Below, piece by piece: positions 17,721 through 26,680 of a stretch of 32,000 nt of DNA. Under the pieces are notes generated by a model. It was not told where the DNA came from. It saw only the letters and a list, made by a program, of their open reading frames with translations, and did not search any database. The stretch is from Hyperthermus butylicus DSM 5456. GTDB lineage: Archaea; Thermoproteota; Thermoprotei_A; Sulfolobales; Pyrodictiaceae. The stretch spans positions 1,020,001 through 1,052,000 of the forward strand of contig NC_008818.1 in NCBI RefSeq assembly GCF_000015145.1, in the 5' to 3' direction. Each line of letters begins with the position of its first letter. Within the stretch, counting starts at the first letter, position 1. The position numbers and the translations under genes were made by a program.

Positions 17721-18596
17721 CTACTTGCAGACCAGCACATGGGTCTCAGTACGCCGTATAACGGTCTCGGCTGTTGTCCCTATTATCTCGTGGAGGCCGT
17801 TATTCCCGTTATGGGGGCCGATGAGCACTAGTGATGCGTTAAGCTTTTTCGCCTCCTCGACTATAGTCTTGCCCGGCTTCCCCTTGGCTAGTACATAGCT
17901 CGCCTTCACACCGTCAACCGCCAGGCTCTCTACAATCTCGGTCAGGCGTCGCGATACCTCGGATTCATCTTCGCCCTCCTCTAGCACGTGGAGAAGCACT
18001 ACCTGCGCATTCGTCCTCCGAGCTATTTCTCTCGCCCTGCACACTATGGGTTCAACATATGAGCCAAAGTCTATGGCGGCCAGTATGGGGCCCCTAAATG
18101 GGTCATCAGGGGGCTGAAGCTTAACCTCTCCACCCTCCAGGCGGCTGTACGGTTTAGAAATGAATATAGGCCTATCAGCGACATGAACAAGCTCTTCAGC
18201 CGTACCCCCCAGCAGTATACGACGGATCCACCCCCGCCCTCTCGACGCAACCACGATATAATCTGCATTCATTCTCTGCGCAACCTCAGCAATCTTCTGG
18301 GCAGGCACACCCGCTTCAGGATCTACGACTTCAACATTGAACCCTTTGCTGCGCAGCTCAGCCGCGTAAGCCTCGAGCTTGCTTAGAGCCTCTCGTTCCA
18401 TTTCCTCTCTGAGCCGGCCCACCAGATACCCGCTCGCAACGTGCTCCAGCACGTCTATGGGTATGATGTGCACCAGTGTTAGACGCTCAGTCCCAATCCG
18501 CCGAAGATGCGATAGCCATGGCACAAACAGGTCAGACACGCTTGAGAGGTCGAGGCCAACAACGGCATGCGCAAAACTACAGCTCTCCACTGCCAA
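17721..18596 (-). CDS. tandem universal stress protein (two UspA domains)
   Basis: Two repeats of the USP pattern. The first runs LTLVHII...ADYIVVASRGRG.IRRILLGGTAEELVHVADRPIFI. The second runs VVLLHVLE...ASLVLIGPHN...LHEIIGTTAETVIRRTETHVLVC. Confidence 0.9.
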   Translation of the reverse strand: MAVESCSFAHAVVGLDLSSVSDLFVPWLSHLRRIGTERLTLVHIIPIDVLEHVASGYLVGRLREEMEREALSKLEAYAAELRSKGFNVEVVDPEAGVPAQKIAEVAQRMNADYIVVASRGRGWIRRILLGGTAEELVHVADRPIFISKPYSRLEGGEVKLQPPDDPFRGPILAAIDFGSYVEPIVCRAREIARRTNAQVVLLHVLEEGEDESEVSRRLTEIVESLAVDGVKASYVLAKGKPGKTIVEEAKKLNASLVLIGPHNGNNGLHEIIGTTAETVIRRTETHVLVCK

Positions 18597-18779
18597 CCAG
18601 GATCCCTAAAACTTACCATTTAGCCGCTGGGAGGATAATAAGGGAACCCATACAATACCAACGTCTCAACAAGTTAGATGTTTTACTTTTGTGTTACGGT
18701 CTGCCGCTAGCCGCCCGTGATAGGGGAGGGTTTTCCAGCCCATAGTGTATAGTGTAGGGCGTGGAGGTATGGGGAAGAT

Positions 18780-20417
18780 TTGGCGTTTCGGCAGTGTGGT
18801 CTCGAGAGGCTGCTGCGCAGGCTTGACGGTAGGGGGTATAGGGCTTACCGGGAGCTCAAGGGCTGCATTACGCGTGTAGATGGGTTCGAGATACGGGTTG
18901 TGCGTGTGCAACCGGACCCCTATGCTCCGCCAAGCGTAGTCCACGTAATGGGTAGGCTTGAGGCGCCAGACTGGGCCCTGGAGCACCCCGTAGCGCTGGC
19001 GGACTATCTCTACCGCCGGCTCTACCGTGCCCTACGCTCAGCAGCTGAGAGGATGGGAGAGGGCCGTAGCGGGTTCCTGAGCGTGCCTAGGCCGTCGCCG
19101 GTTATGCTGAGGCGCAGCGGGCTAGAAGTTAGCAGTGACGGGCGCTTCATTGCCCGTATCTGGGTTGGACTGCCGTCGAGGCGCCGCCGGGTACTCGGCA
19201 ATGCCGCTATGGAGCTTCTCCTGGAGAAGATTCCAAGAGCGATTAGGCGTGTGGTGGAGGGGCTCGGGGGCCGAGATCTCGAGGAGCATATCCGGGTTTG
19301 GCGGTTGCAGGAGGAGCTGCGGTCGAGTCTTCCTCGCTACAGGCTCGTAGCATTTGTTGGCGACGGCAGCATATTGCCCAGGCGCTGCGGCACTTGCGAG
19401 GACCCTCTGCCCGGTGCTGTGCCCTTCGAGTCCCCTCCCAGCCTCCGAGTAGAGATAGAGACGAGTGTTGGCGCCGTTACGGGTATGGGTGTGCCCCGCG
19501 GCGTAACCGTTATCGCCGGCACAGCGTTCCACGGGAAGACAACACTACTAGAAGCGATACAGTACGGTATCTACAACCACGTGCCAGGCGATGGCAGGGA
19601 GAGGGTGGTCTCGCTACGCTCCACGGTTAAGGTTAGAGCTGAGGACGGTAGGTACGTGAGCTGCGTAGACATCTCAACCTTCATACACTCCCTCCCCGCG
19701 AGAATCGACACATCATGCTTTACAACCTGGGACGCGAGCGGCGCCACGAGCATGGCTGCAGCCGTCCAGGAGGCAGTGGAGGCTGGCGCTGAAGCGATAC
19801 TGATTGACGAGGATACGTCGGCTACGAATCTCCTATTCTACGATGAGCGCTCAGCATCACTCATAAGGAGGAAGACAGTGACGACAATAGCTGAGCAGGC
19901 AAAGTCAATGTCTGAGAAGGGAGTCTCCCTAGTCATAGTTTCGAGCGGCTCAGCACCACTACTAGCGGCAGCCGACACCGTGGTCGTCATGGAGGACTAC
20001 CGGCCCCGGGACGCAACCAGGGAGGCAAAACAGCTCGCCACGCAGCCCGGCGGGGCCGATTACAAGCCACCAAGCCCGCGGAGGCTCGTGGAGGCGCCGC
20101 GCCTCGAGAAGCCCAGGATACGGGAGACATGGCTCGTAGCCCGGAACCTGCCAAGCCCCCTCAACCTAGAGTCAAACGAGCAGCTGGTAGAGGAGGGTCA
20201 GCTCCGTCTACTGGCAGCCCTAGCTGCCAGGCTGCAAACTCTGAGAGGTATGACGTTGCGCGGGATAGCCGAGTGGCTGGACAAGACGCTGGAGGAGGAG
20301 GGGTTCGCTGGTCTCCTAGGCAGAGATATAGGCCCAGACTACGCCGAGGTAAGAGGACTAGACCTGGTCCACATGCTGAACCGGATACCAGGGGTAAGGA
20401 TGGGAAAAACAATGTAG
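18780..20417 (+). CDS. ABC-class ATPase of the COG3044 / PF09818 (MRB1590-like) family, function unknown
   Basis: N-terminal L..LDGRGYRAYRELKG.....F...V.RVQPDPYAPPS. Walker A is GTAFHGKTTLLEAIQYGIYNHVPGDGRE. Further motifs are VKVRAEDGR.V..VDIS.FI..LP, ASGATSMAA..QEA.EAGAE..LIDEDTSATN and VSLVIV.SGS. TTG start. Confidence 0.88.
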   Translation: MAFRQCGLERLLRRLDGRGYRAYRELKGCITRVDGFEIRVVRVQPDPYAPPSVVHVMGRLEAPDWALEHPVALADYLYRRLYRALRSAAERMGEGRSGFLSVPRPSPVMLRRSGLEVSSDGRFIARIWVGLPSRRRRVLGNAAMELLLEKIPRAIRRVVEGLGGRDLEEHIRVWRLQEELRSSLPRYRLVAFVGDGSILPRRCGTCEDPLPGAVPFESPPSLRVEIETSVGAVTGMGVPRGVTVIAGTAFHGKTTLLEAIQYGIYNHVPGDGRERVVSLRSTVKVRAEDGRYVSCVDISTFIHSLPARIDTSCFTTWDASGATSMAAAVQEAVEAGAEAILIDEDTSATNLLFYDERSASLIRRKTVTTIAEQAKSMSEKGVSLVIVSSGSAPLLAAADTVVVMEDYRPRDATREAKQLATQPGGADYKPPSPRRLVEAPRLEKPRIRETWLVARNLPSPLNLESNEQLVEEGQLRLLAALAARLQTLRGMTLRGIAEWLDKTLEEEGFAGLLGRDIGPDYAEVRGLDLVHMLNRIPGVRMGKTM

Positions 20418-20830
20418 AGGGCGAGCACGCAGGGGATGGGACCCCTTCCGGCCCCCTCAGCCCTATCGGGTGGTGGCTAGGAGCCCCGCAAATACGGCAA
20501 AACCGGCAGAGACCGCAGGACTGCAACAGATCGCCAGCCGGCCCCGAGTTGCCGGAACCGGCACGGATCAAGGTGCCCACGGCATCTCGCAGCCGGTTCA
20601 TGAGATGCTGGGGGAACCTAGCCGCCTCGCCCCACATAACCGCCCGCTGGAGGTGAAGGAGGGACAGCGGTCCCCCACTTGTTTATTCGGAGCTTGTTCC
20701 CGGTCCATCCTTATTACTATGTAGAAGTTCGTCCTCGGCTAGGACGCGCTTGGATGTCTGCACAGCCATAATGGCTAAAAGAGGTTTGCTGTGGCGACTG
20801 GAAGGAGTTCGTCGTTCTTCCTGGTAGAGT

Positions 20831-22063
20831 TTACTGATGGGATTCCGGGGGTCCCACCCGGGTAGCAGAGGGTTGAGAACCTATACTTATGCTTGTCGGT
20901 GGTTGAACTGTGGGCTCTCCTTCCCGGAGTGTTTCTTTGGGCTGTTCGGGCTCTAGTGGCGGGTAGGGTGTGAAGGCATAGCCAATCACTACCTTGTTAT
21001 CGCCGGCTGGTTCTACTGAAGCAAGTCCATGGAGGGCGAGTAGCTGTAGTGCGTTGAAAACATTGTCCAGCGGGTGCTCCGAGCCACCAAATACTAGCTT
21101 TCCGTCACGGGCCTCTGCTTCAAGCACTAGGTAGCGGTAACCCTGCGGCATGCATGGCGGGTCGATGCTGCATGTGCCGGGCGTCTCCATGCATTGTTGT
21201 ATCCTAGCACCCATCGATAACGCCTCCAGAACCCTGTAACCGTTACGGCCGAGTATTCTGTAGGCCCTCTCTACCGCTTCAGCAGCGGGGTCGGGTACGG
21301 CGTAGAATGCCTGGATTTCGCGTAGCTGCATTAGCCTCCACACAGCATGGTAGAGGCATGTGTAGGTCTCCAGGGGCGACCCCTTGCGCACCCGGTAGAA
21401 GCCATCCCCTACAAGCTCTAGGCCTAGCTCCACAAGCTCCCCGAGGACACCGTAGGATTCGAGATATTCCCCCAATGCAGCCCGGGAGCCTGCCAACAAC
21501 ATGGCCTCGCGGGAGTAGGGCGGCACAAGCCCAGCCAGGGCCTTGAGAGCTTCACCCAGAAGCTTGAGCCCCCACAAGGGGTCGTCGGTATCGACCTCGC
21601 CGGGCTCCCCAAGCGCAATGCCAAGCTGTCCAGCAAGCCTGGAGAGGAGTCCACGGATAGCCCCAAGCAGCACCAGGGGCCTGGTACTGCTAGCCCTTAC
21701 CCTCACACCACGACCAGCAAGAGACAAGGGCACCCCGTCGGAGAGCCGTGCAGCCACTCTACGCGGCATAGATAGACCAAGCCCGAGCACATCGCGGTAG
21801 AACCTGGCAAGACTACCCCCAGGGTATGCATCGCCACGATAACTAGGCCGCAGCCCAGCCAGAAGCATGACCGTGACAGACTCGTCACTCAAAACCTCGC
21901 CGAGCTCGCGTCCTTCAAGACGTGAGGCGAGAAGCTCCCGGGTCTCAAGAAGCACGGCAATAGGCCGATAAGCCTCAACAACACCTCTCACAAGGAACTC
22001 GCGAAGCACAACCTGGCACCCCCGGGCATCAGCCACACTAGGGCTCCCCACAGCCCCCTGCAC
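20831..22063 (-). CDS. hypothetical protein (410 aa), no recognisable family
   Basis: Long GTG-initiated ORF with protein-like composition (L/A/G/E/R-rich helical body and a Pro/Ser/Thr-rich tail). Overlapping ORFs on both strands are short and compositionally implausible. Confidence 0.6.
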   Translation of the reverse strand: MQGAVGSPSVADARGCQVVLREFLVRGVVEAYRPIAVLLETRELLASRLEGRELGEVLSDESVTVMLLAGLRPSYRGDAYPGGSLARFYRDVLGLGLSMPRRVAARLSDGVPLSLAGRGVRVRASSTRPLVLLGAIRGLLSRLAGQLGIALGEPGEVDTDDPLWGLKLLGEALKALAGLVPPYSREAMLLAGSRAALGEYLESYGVLGELVELGLELVGDGFYRVRKGSPLETYTCLYHAVWRLMQLREIQAFYAVPDPAAEAVERAYRILGRNGYRVLEALSMGARIQQCMETPGTCSIDPPCMPQGYRYLVLEAEARDGKLVFGGSEHPLDNVFNALQLLALHGLASVEPAGDNKVVIGYAFTPYPPLEPEQPKETLREGEPTVQPPTSISIGSQPSATRVGPPESHQ

Positions 22064-22369
22064 GGCTCGGCATTGCTACCCCTCATCACCGCGACAGTGG
22101 GGCCTCGGAGGCGGCAGGCCCGCTCACGGCCCCGCCCTGGGTGGCGGGGCTTAGGCACACTACCCCGACGATGTAGGCCACGTTGATCCCAGCACCTCAC
22201 CGGCCCAGTCAGATAACAGACAAGCCAAGCCCTATATACCCGCAACACCAAGAGCTATCAACTATACTGAAATAAGACTCTACGAACACAGAACTAGGTG
22301 CTCTACATGCACTAAAATAGCAGAGATGGATGGGAACAACTTCGTTTAGGACAACAACTATAGAGTGGC

Positions 22370-22888
<519 letters not shown>

Positions 22889-22989
22889 GCACTGCACATT
22901 TTACTTGGCATTCGCATCGCCGGGAACAACGGCTTTTTCAGGCCTCTAAGCTGTTGGCTTTACATACTCTCGCCACGGCTAGTGGGCTG

Positions 22990-23811
22990 CTATTTGTCCT
23001 TGCTGCAAAGGACTTCAAAGTCTTGGCGTGCTTGGCGCGCGAGCTGCTCTATACCGTGCAACGTGTAGGTTTCCAGTTCGCGGCACAGCAGCCAGCACAT
23101 ACTAGGGTTGTCTGGGGCTACACCAGCCTCTACAATTATGACTGTGCTGTTGGAGAGGGGGTTCTTTGGCTGCCTAGTCCTAATAACCTCCCTCGTGTTT
23201 ATGTGAGCATAAGCTGTAGCTGTGTATGCTGTTAGCCCAGAGCCTATGAGGGCTATCGTTGGCTGGGCTCGTAGCGGGTCGGTAGCCCTCGCGTAGCCCC
23301 TTACCTTACACCATCCAGTAATTGCTCTTGCAGCTCTCGCTGCTGCGTCAGGGTTGTAGGCTTGCACTAGGGATTCAAGATATCCGTCCCCATGTATTAT
23401 CGTGGCGGCGTCTGCTACGCCGAGCCCGTATGCCTGGAGGCTCCACACCTGAAGCCATGTTAGCCAGGGCGCATCACCGGGGAGTATGACTGCTCTCGCA
23501 CCAGCTTCTGCCGCGTGGCGTAGCGCGGTGTAGATGGCTACTGCTGGCCCCTCGCAGCCAGGTAGTGGGGGCTCGTCGTAGAGGCAGCTCGTCAGTTTCG
23601 CCAGGCTCATATACGTCCTGCAGCGTTCAACGCTCCTCGTCACCGCGTAGACCGCCGCTGCACCAGCCCGCCATGCCGCATCCGCCAAGCGTGCTATGGA
23701 GGCTACGCTGTCCACGAGCGCTGCAAGCTTATCCCCGCCGAAGCGGCGTCCCTCACCACCAGCGAGTATGTAGGCGTTGAAAAGAACCACGCTTGTTCCC
23801 CTAACTAGCAT
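22990..23811 (-). CDS. MobA-like NTP-transferase domain protein with ~80-aa C-terminal extension
   Basis: AYILAGGEGRRFGGDKL (the ILAGG.S.RFG.DK motif), then ..D....GCEGPAVAIYTAL.. and VILPGDAPWL, as in MobA/MocA-type nucleotidyltransferases. Its ATG lies inside the hypE stop region (ATGCTAG). Confidence 0.7.
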   Translation of the reverse strand: MLVRGTSVVLFNAYILAGGEGRRFGGDKLAALVDSVASIARLADAAWRAGAAAVYAVTRSVERCRTYMSLAKLTSCLYDEPPLPGCEGPAVAIYTALRHAAEAGARAVILPGDAPWLTWLQVWSLQAYGLGVADAATIIHGDGYLESLVQAYNPDAAARAARAITGWCKVRGYARATDPLRAQPTIALIGSGLTAYTATAYAHINTREVIRTRQPKNPLSNSTVIIVEAGVAPDNPSMCWLLCRELETYTLHGIEQLARQARQDFEVLCSKDK

Positions 23812-24878
23812 ATCCTTGGCACTAGCTCGCCGCTCGGCGGCTCGACAATCCTAAACCCGCCAGCCATAGTCTTCGCTATCACTAGGCCCCGGTGGCGCTC
23901 CTGCCTTGGCACCCTGACCTCGCCTATGATTGTTGCCTCCTCGTACCCGAGACTCCTCATAAATTCGACAACCTCTTCTGCCATTAATGGGTCCACAGCT
24001 AGCACGGCAGCACCCTCACTCGCCAAAGCCAACGGATCGACGCCAAGCAGCTCTGCGTAAGCTCTAACCTGTTCCCTGACAGGTATCTTGGCCTCATCGA
24101 TTGCTATTACCAGACCGTTCTTCTTAGCCCAGTCGTTGAGTAGCATCGCGAGACCACCCCGTGTGGGGTCGCCAGCAGCGTGTATGTAGTCGGCATACCG
24201 TTCTATGAGTGGTATCATTAGGTCTGTGAGGGGTTTAACATCGCTCTCAACCTCTAGCTTAAGCCCGATACCCTCACGGACCGAGAGTATTGCAGCACCA
24301 TGGTCGCCAAGGTAGCCAGATACCACTATCTTATCGCCATCCCGTATCCTGGTATCCACTATGGGCTTCTCCGCCACCCCGACACCGGCCATTGTTATTA
24401 TGACTCCGTCCAGGTCACCCTTTGGAACCACCTTGAAATCGCCACCTATTAGTGCAACCTTGTTAGCTGCAAGCGTTGAGGCTAGGCTCTCAAGTATCCT
24501 CGCCAGATCCTCTACCGGGAACCCCTCCTCAACGACAACAGCGTCAACCGCAGCGAGGGGCTTTGCCCCAGCCATGAGTAGGTCGTTGATAACACCGCTA
24601 GCAGCAAGTTTGCCCAGGTCGCCGCCAGGGAAGAATAGCGGTTTGACAGTGTAGGAGTCAACTGTGAATGCCAAGTATCGACCGTCGGGCAACGGTATCA
24701 ACGCCGAGTCATCCAGGACATCGAGGCCCCAGCCACCCTCAACCCTCCACAGCTCCTCGGGCACCATCGGCCTGATAAGCTTCTCAACGATCTCTCCAGT
24801 CTCCCGTCCACCACTACCATGGGCCAGTGTTATGAATTTCCAGAGAACACGCCAGCTCTTACCCCTAGCCAAGTACAT
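23805..24878 (-). CDS. hypE: hydrogenase maturation protein HypE (AIR-synthase-related fold)
   Basis: N-terminal ITLAHGSGG, PurM/AIR-synthase-like repeats, and the diagnostic C-terminal ..LVPRIC* (PRIC motif carrying the cyanated Cys). Confidence 0.92.
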   Translation of the reverse strand: MYLARGKSWRVLWKFITLAHGSGGRETGEIVEKLIRPMVPEELWRVEGGWGLDVLDDSALIPLPDGRYLAFTVDSYTVKPLFFPGGDLGKLAASGVINDLLMAGAKPLAAVDAVVVEEGFPVEDLARILESLASTLAANKVALIGGDFKVVPKGDLDGVIITMAGVGVAEKPIVDTRIRDGDKIVVSGYLGDHGAAILSVREGIGLKLEVESDVKPLTDLMIPLIERYADYIHAAGDPTRGGLAMLLNDWAKKNGLVIAIDEAKIPVREQVRAYAELLGVDPLALASEGAAVLAVDPLMAEEVVEFMRSLGYEEATIIGEVRVPRQERHRGLVIAKTMAGGFRIVEPPSGELVPRIC

Positions 24879-24975
24879 TCACCATAATAGATCTCCAGAC
24901 AGCGGGGGCGGAAAACTTTTACCACGGCTAGAAAAATTAGAAGCATAGCAGTATATGCGATGATGCTGTGTCTGT

Positions 24976-24985
24976 TGAACGTTCA
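24976..24985. promoter_or_regulatory. 10-bp palindrome TGAACGTTCA in the hypE/pdxS divergent intergenic region
   Basis: Read directly. It lies about 65-75 nt upstream of the pdxS GTG (25050) and about 100 nt upstream of the hypE ATG (24878). Any regulatory role is inferred. Confidence 0.3.
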
Positions 24986-25049
24986 GCTAGGCTCTAAGCC
25001 CTTCAGCGACATCTAGCCCCTTATCTGGGCTGAAAACCTTCCGGGGTGT

Positions 25050-26066
25050 GTGCAGGTTTTGAAGCTGATCGACTCGTATGCCGTGCTTGAGAAGATTCGA
25101 GACTTGATATACAGCCTTCTAGAGGCCCGTGATAGGGCTATGGAGAATGGGTTGGAAGTTATACCTGTTCGCACTGCTACACCACTAGTACGCTATGGCT
25201 TTATCTCCATGCTTAAAGGGGGCGTAGTAATGGATGTAACCAATGAACAGCAAGCCGAGATAGCCGAAGATGCTGGTGCGGTTGGAGTCATGGTTCTAGA
25301 CAAGCTTCCATATGATGTGAGGAAGGCGGGAGGCGTGGCTAGGACGGCTGACCTCAACGTTATACGAGCCGTTATGGAGACTATTACGATACCTGTTTCC
25401 GCCAAGTGTAGGATAGGCCACTACTGGGAGGCAAAGCTGCTTGAGGAGATAGGTGTCGACCTTATAGATGAGAGTGAAGTCCTCACACCTACTGATGAGA
25501 AGGCCCATATATGGAAGTGGGAATTCCGTGTCCCATTTGTCAACGGTGCAAGGTCTCTTCCGGAGGCTCTGAGAAGGATATGGGAAGGTGCCTCCATGAT
25601 AAGGACTAAGGGTGAAGCTGGAACCGGTAATGTGGCCGAGGCAGTTAGGCACATGAAAGCTGTAAATCGCGACATAGCAGTGCTTAGAGGCTACTATAAA
25701 GCTGGGGATATCGAAGCCATAAGGCTCTACGCGAAGAGTAATAACGTTCCATTTGAGCTAGCCTTGCTAACAGCTAGGCTTGGCAGGCTTCCAGTGGTAA
25801 ACTTTGCTGCCGGAGGGATAGCCACCCCTGCCGATGCTGCTCTAATGATGTGGCTTGGTGCAGACGGCGTCTTCGTGGGCTCAGGGATATTCAAGAGCCG
25901 TGATCCTGAACAGAGGGCACAAGCGATAGTCCTAGCGACGACATACTGGGACGACCCCGAGACTGTTGCGGAAGCCCAGTCGATGGTTTCAGAGAGGAAC
26001 GCGATGCCGGGTATAGACATTACTAGGCTCAAGCCCGAAGAGCTGTTGCAGATTAGAGGTGAGTAG
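25050..26066 (+). CDS. pdxS: pyridoxal 5'-phosphate synthase, lyase subunit PdxS
   Basis: [10 protein letters not shown]...QA.IAE.AGA..VMVL...[78 protein letters not shown]. The long crenarchaeal-type N-terminus is present. GTG start. Confidence 0.95.
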   Translation: MQVLKLIDSYAVLEKIRDLIYSLLEARDRAMENGLEVIPVRTATPLVRYGFISMLKGGVVMDVTNEQQAEIAEDAGAVGVMVLDKLPYDVRKAGGVARTADLNVIRAVMETITIPVSAKCRIGHYWEAKLLEEIGVDLIDESEVLTPTDEKAHIWKWEFRVPFVNGARSLPEALRRIWEGASMIRTKGEAGTGNVAEAVRHMKAVNRDIAVLRGYYKAGDIEAIRLYAKSNNVPFELALLTARLGRLPVVNFAAGGIATPADAALMMWLGADGVFVGSGIFKSRDPEQRAQAIVLATTYWDDPETVAEAQSMVSERNAMPGIDITRLKPEELLQIRGE

Positions 26067-26068
26067 CC

Positions 26069-26677
26069 ATGGTTGTAGTAGGTGTTCTCGCGCTGCAGGG
26101 GGACTGGATTGAGCATATAGAGCTTCTAAGAGAAATTGAAGGCGTTGAAGCCGTACCTGTTAAGACGGAGAAGCAGCTTGAAAGCATAGATGCGCTGATT
26201 ATACCTGGCGGAGAGTCAACAACCATAGGAAGGCTCATAGAGCGTAGGGGACTCCTAGAGCCTCTACGGGACAGGATTAGGGCAGGCCTACCCGTACTTG
26301 GAACTTGTGCTGGAAGCATACTGCTAGCTAAAAAGGTTCGTGATAGGGTTGTAGGCCCCGTCGAGCAGCCCCTACTAGCTGTTATGGATATAGCTGTTCT
26401 ACGTAACGCGTTTGGCAGACAGATGAACTCCTTCGAGGCAGAAGTGCACATTGAAGGTGTAGGTACTGTTCACGCAGCCTTCATAAGAGCACCAATAATT
26501 GAGGAGACATGGGGAGAGGCTAGACCCATAGCAAAGCTGAACCATCCCCTGCTGGGGGAAGTTACAGTAGCCGCTAGGCAAAAGGCAATAATCGCTACTG
26601 TATTCCACCCAGAGATAACAGGCGACAGTAAGCTCCACAAGCTTCTAGTAGCTGCAGCCAAGGGGAGGGCCTTCTAG
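26069..26677 (+). CDS. pdxT: pyridoxal 5'-phosphate synthase, glutaminase subunit PdxT
   Basis: It starts 2 nt after the pdxS stop. Motifs: GVLALQGD..EH, LIIPGGESTT, GTCAG (catalytic Cys), FHPE. Confidence 0.95.
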   Translation: MVVVGVLALQGDWIEHIELLREIEGVEAVPVKTEKQLESIDALIIPGGESTTIGRLIERRGLLEPLRDRIRAGLPVLGTCAGSILLAKKVRDRVVGPVEQPLLAVMDIAVLRNAFGRQMNSFEAEVHIEGVGTVHAAFIRAPIIEETWGEARPIAKLNHPLLGEVTVAARQKAIIATVFHPEITGDSKLHKLLVAAAKGRAF

Positions 26678-26680
26678 ACC

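Noticed and set aside
20129-20724. ORFs 20129-20656 (+), 20161-20637 (-) and 20470-20724 (+) at or after the ABC-ATPase 3' end
   Set aside because: Composition is R/P/G/S-rich. They overlap one another and the well-supported 18780-20417 gene, and there is no motif. The 20418-20830 spacer is left unannotated.
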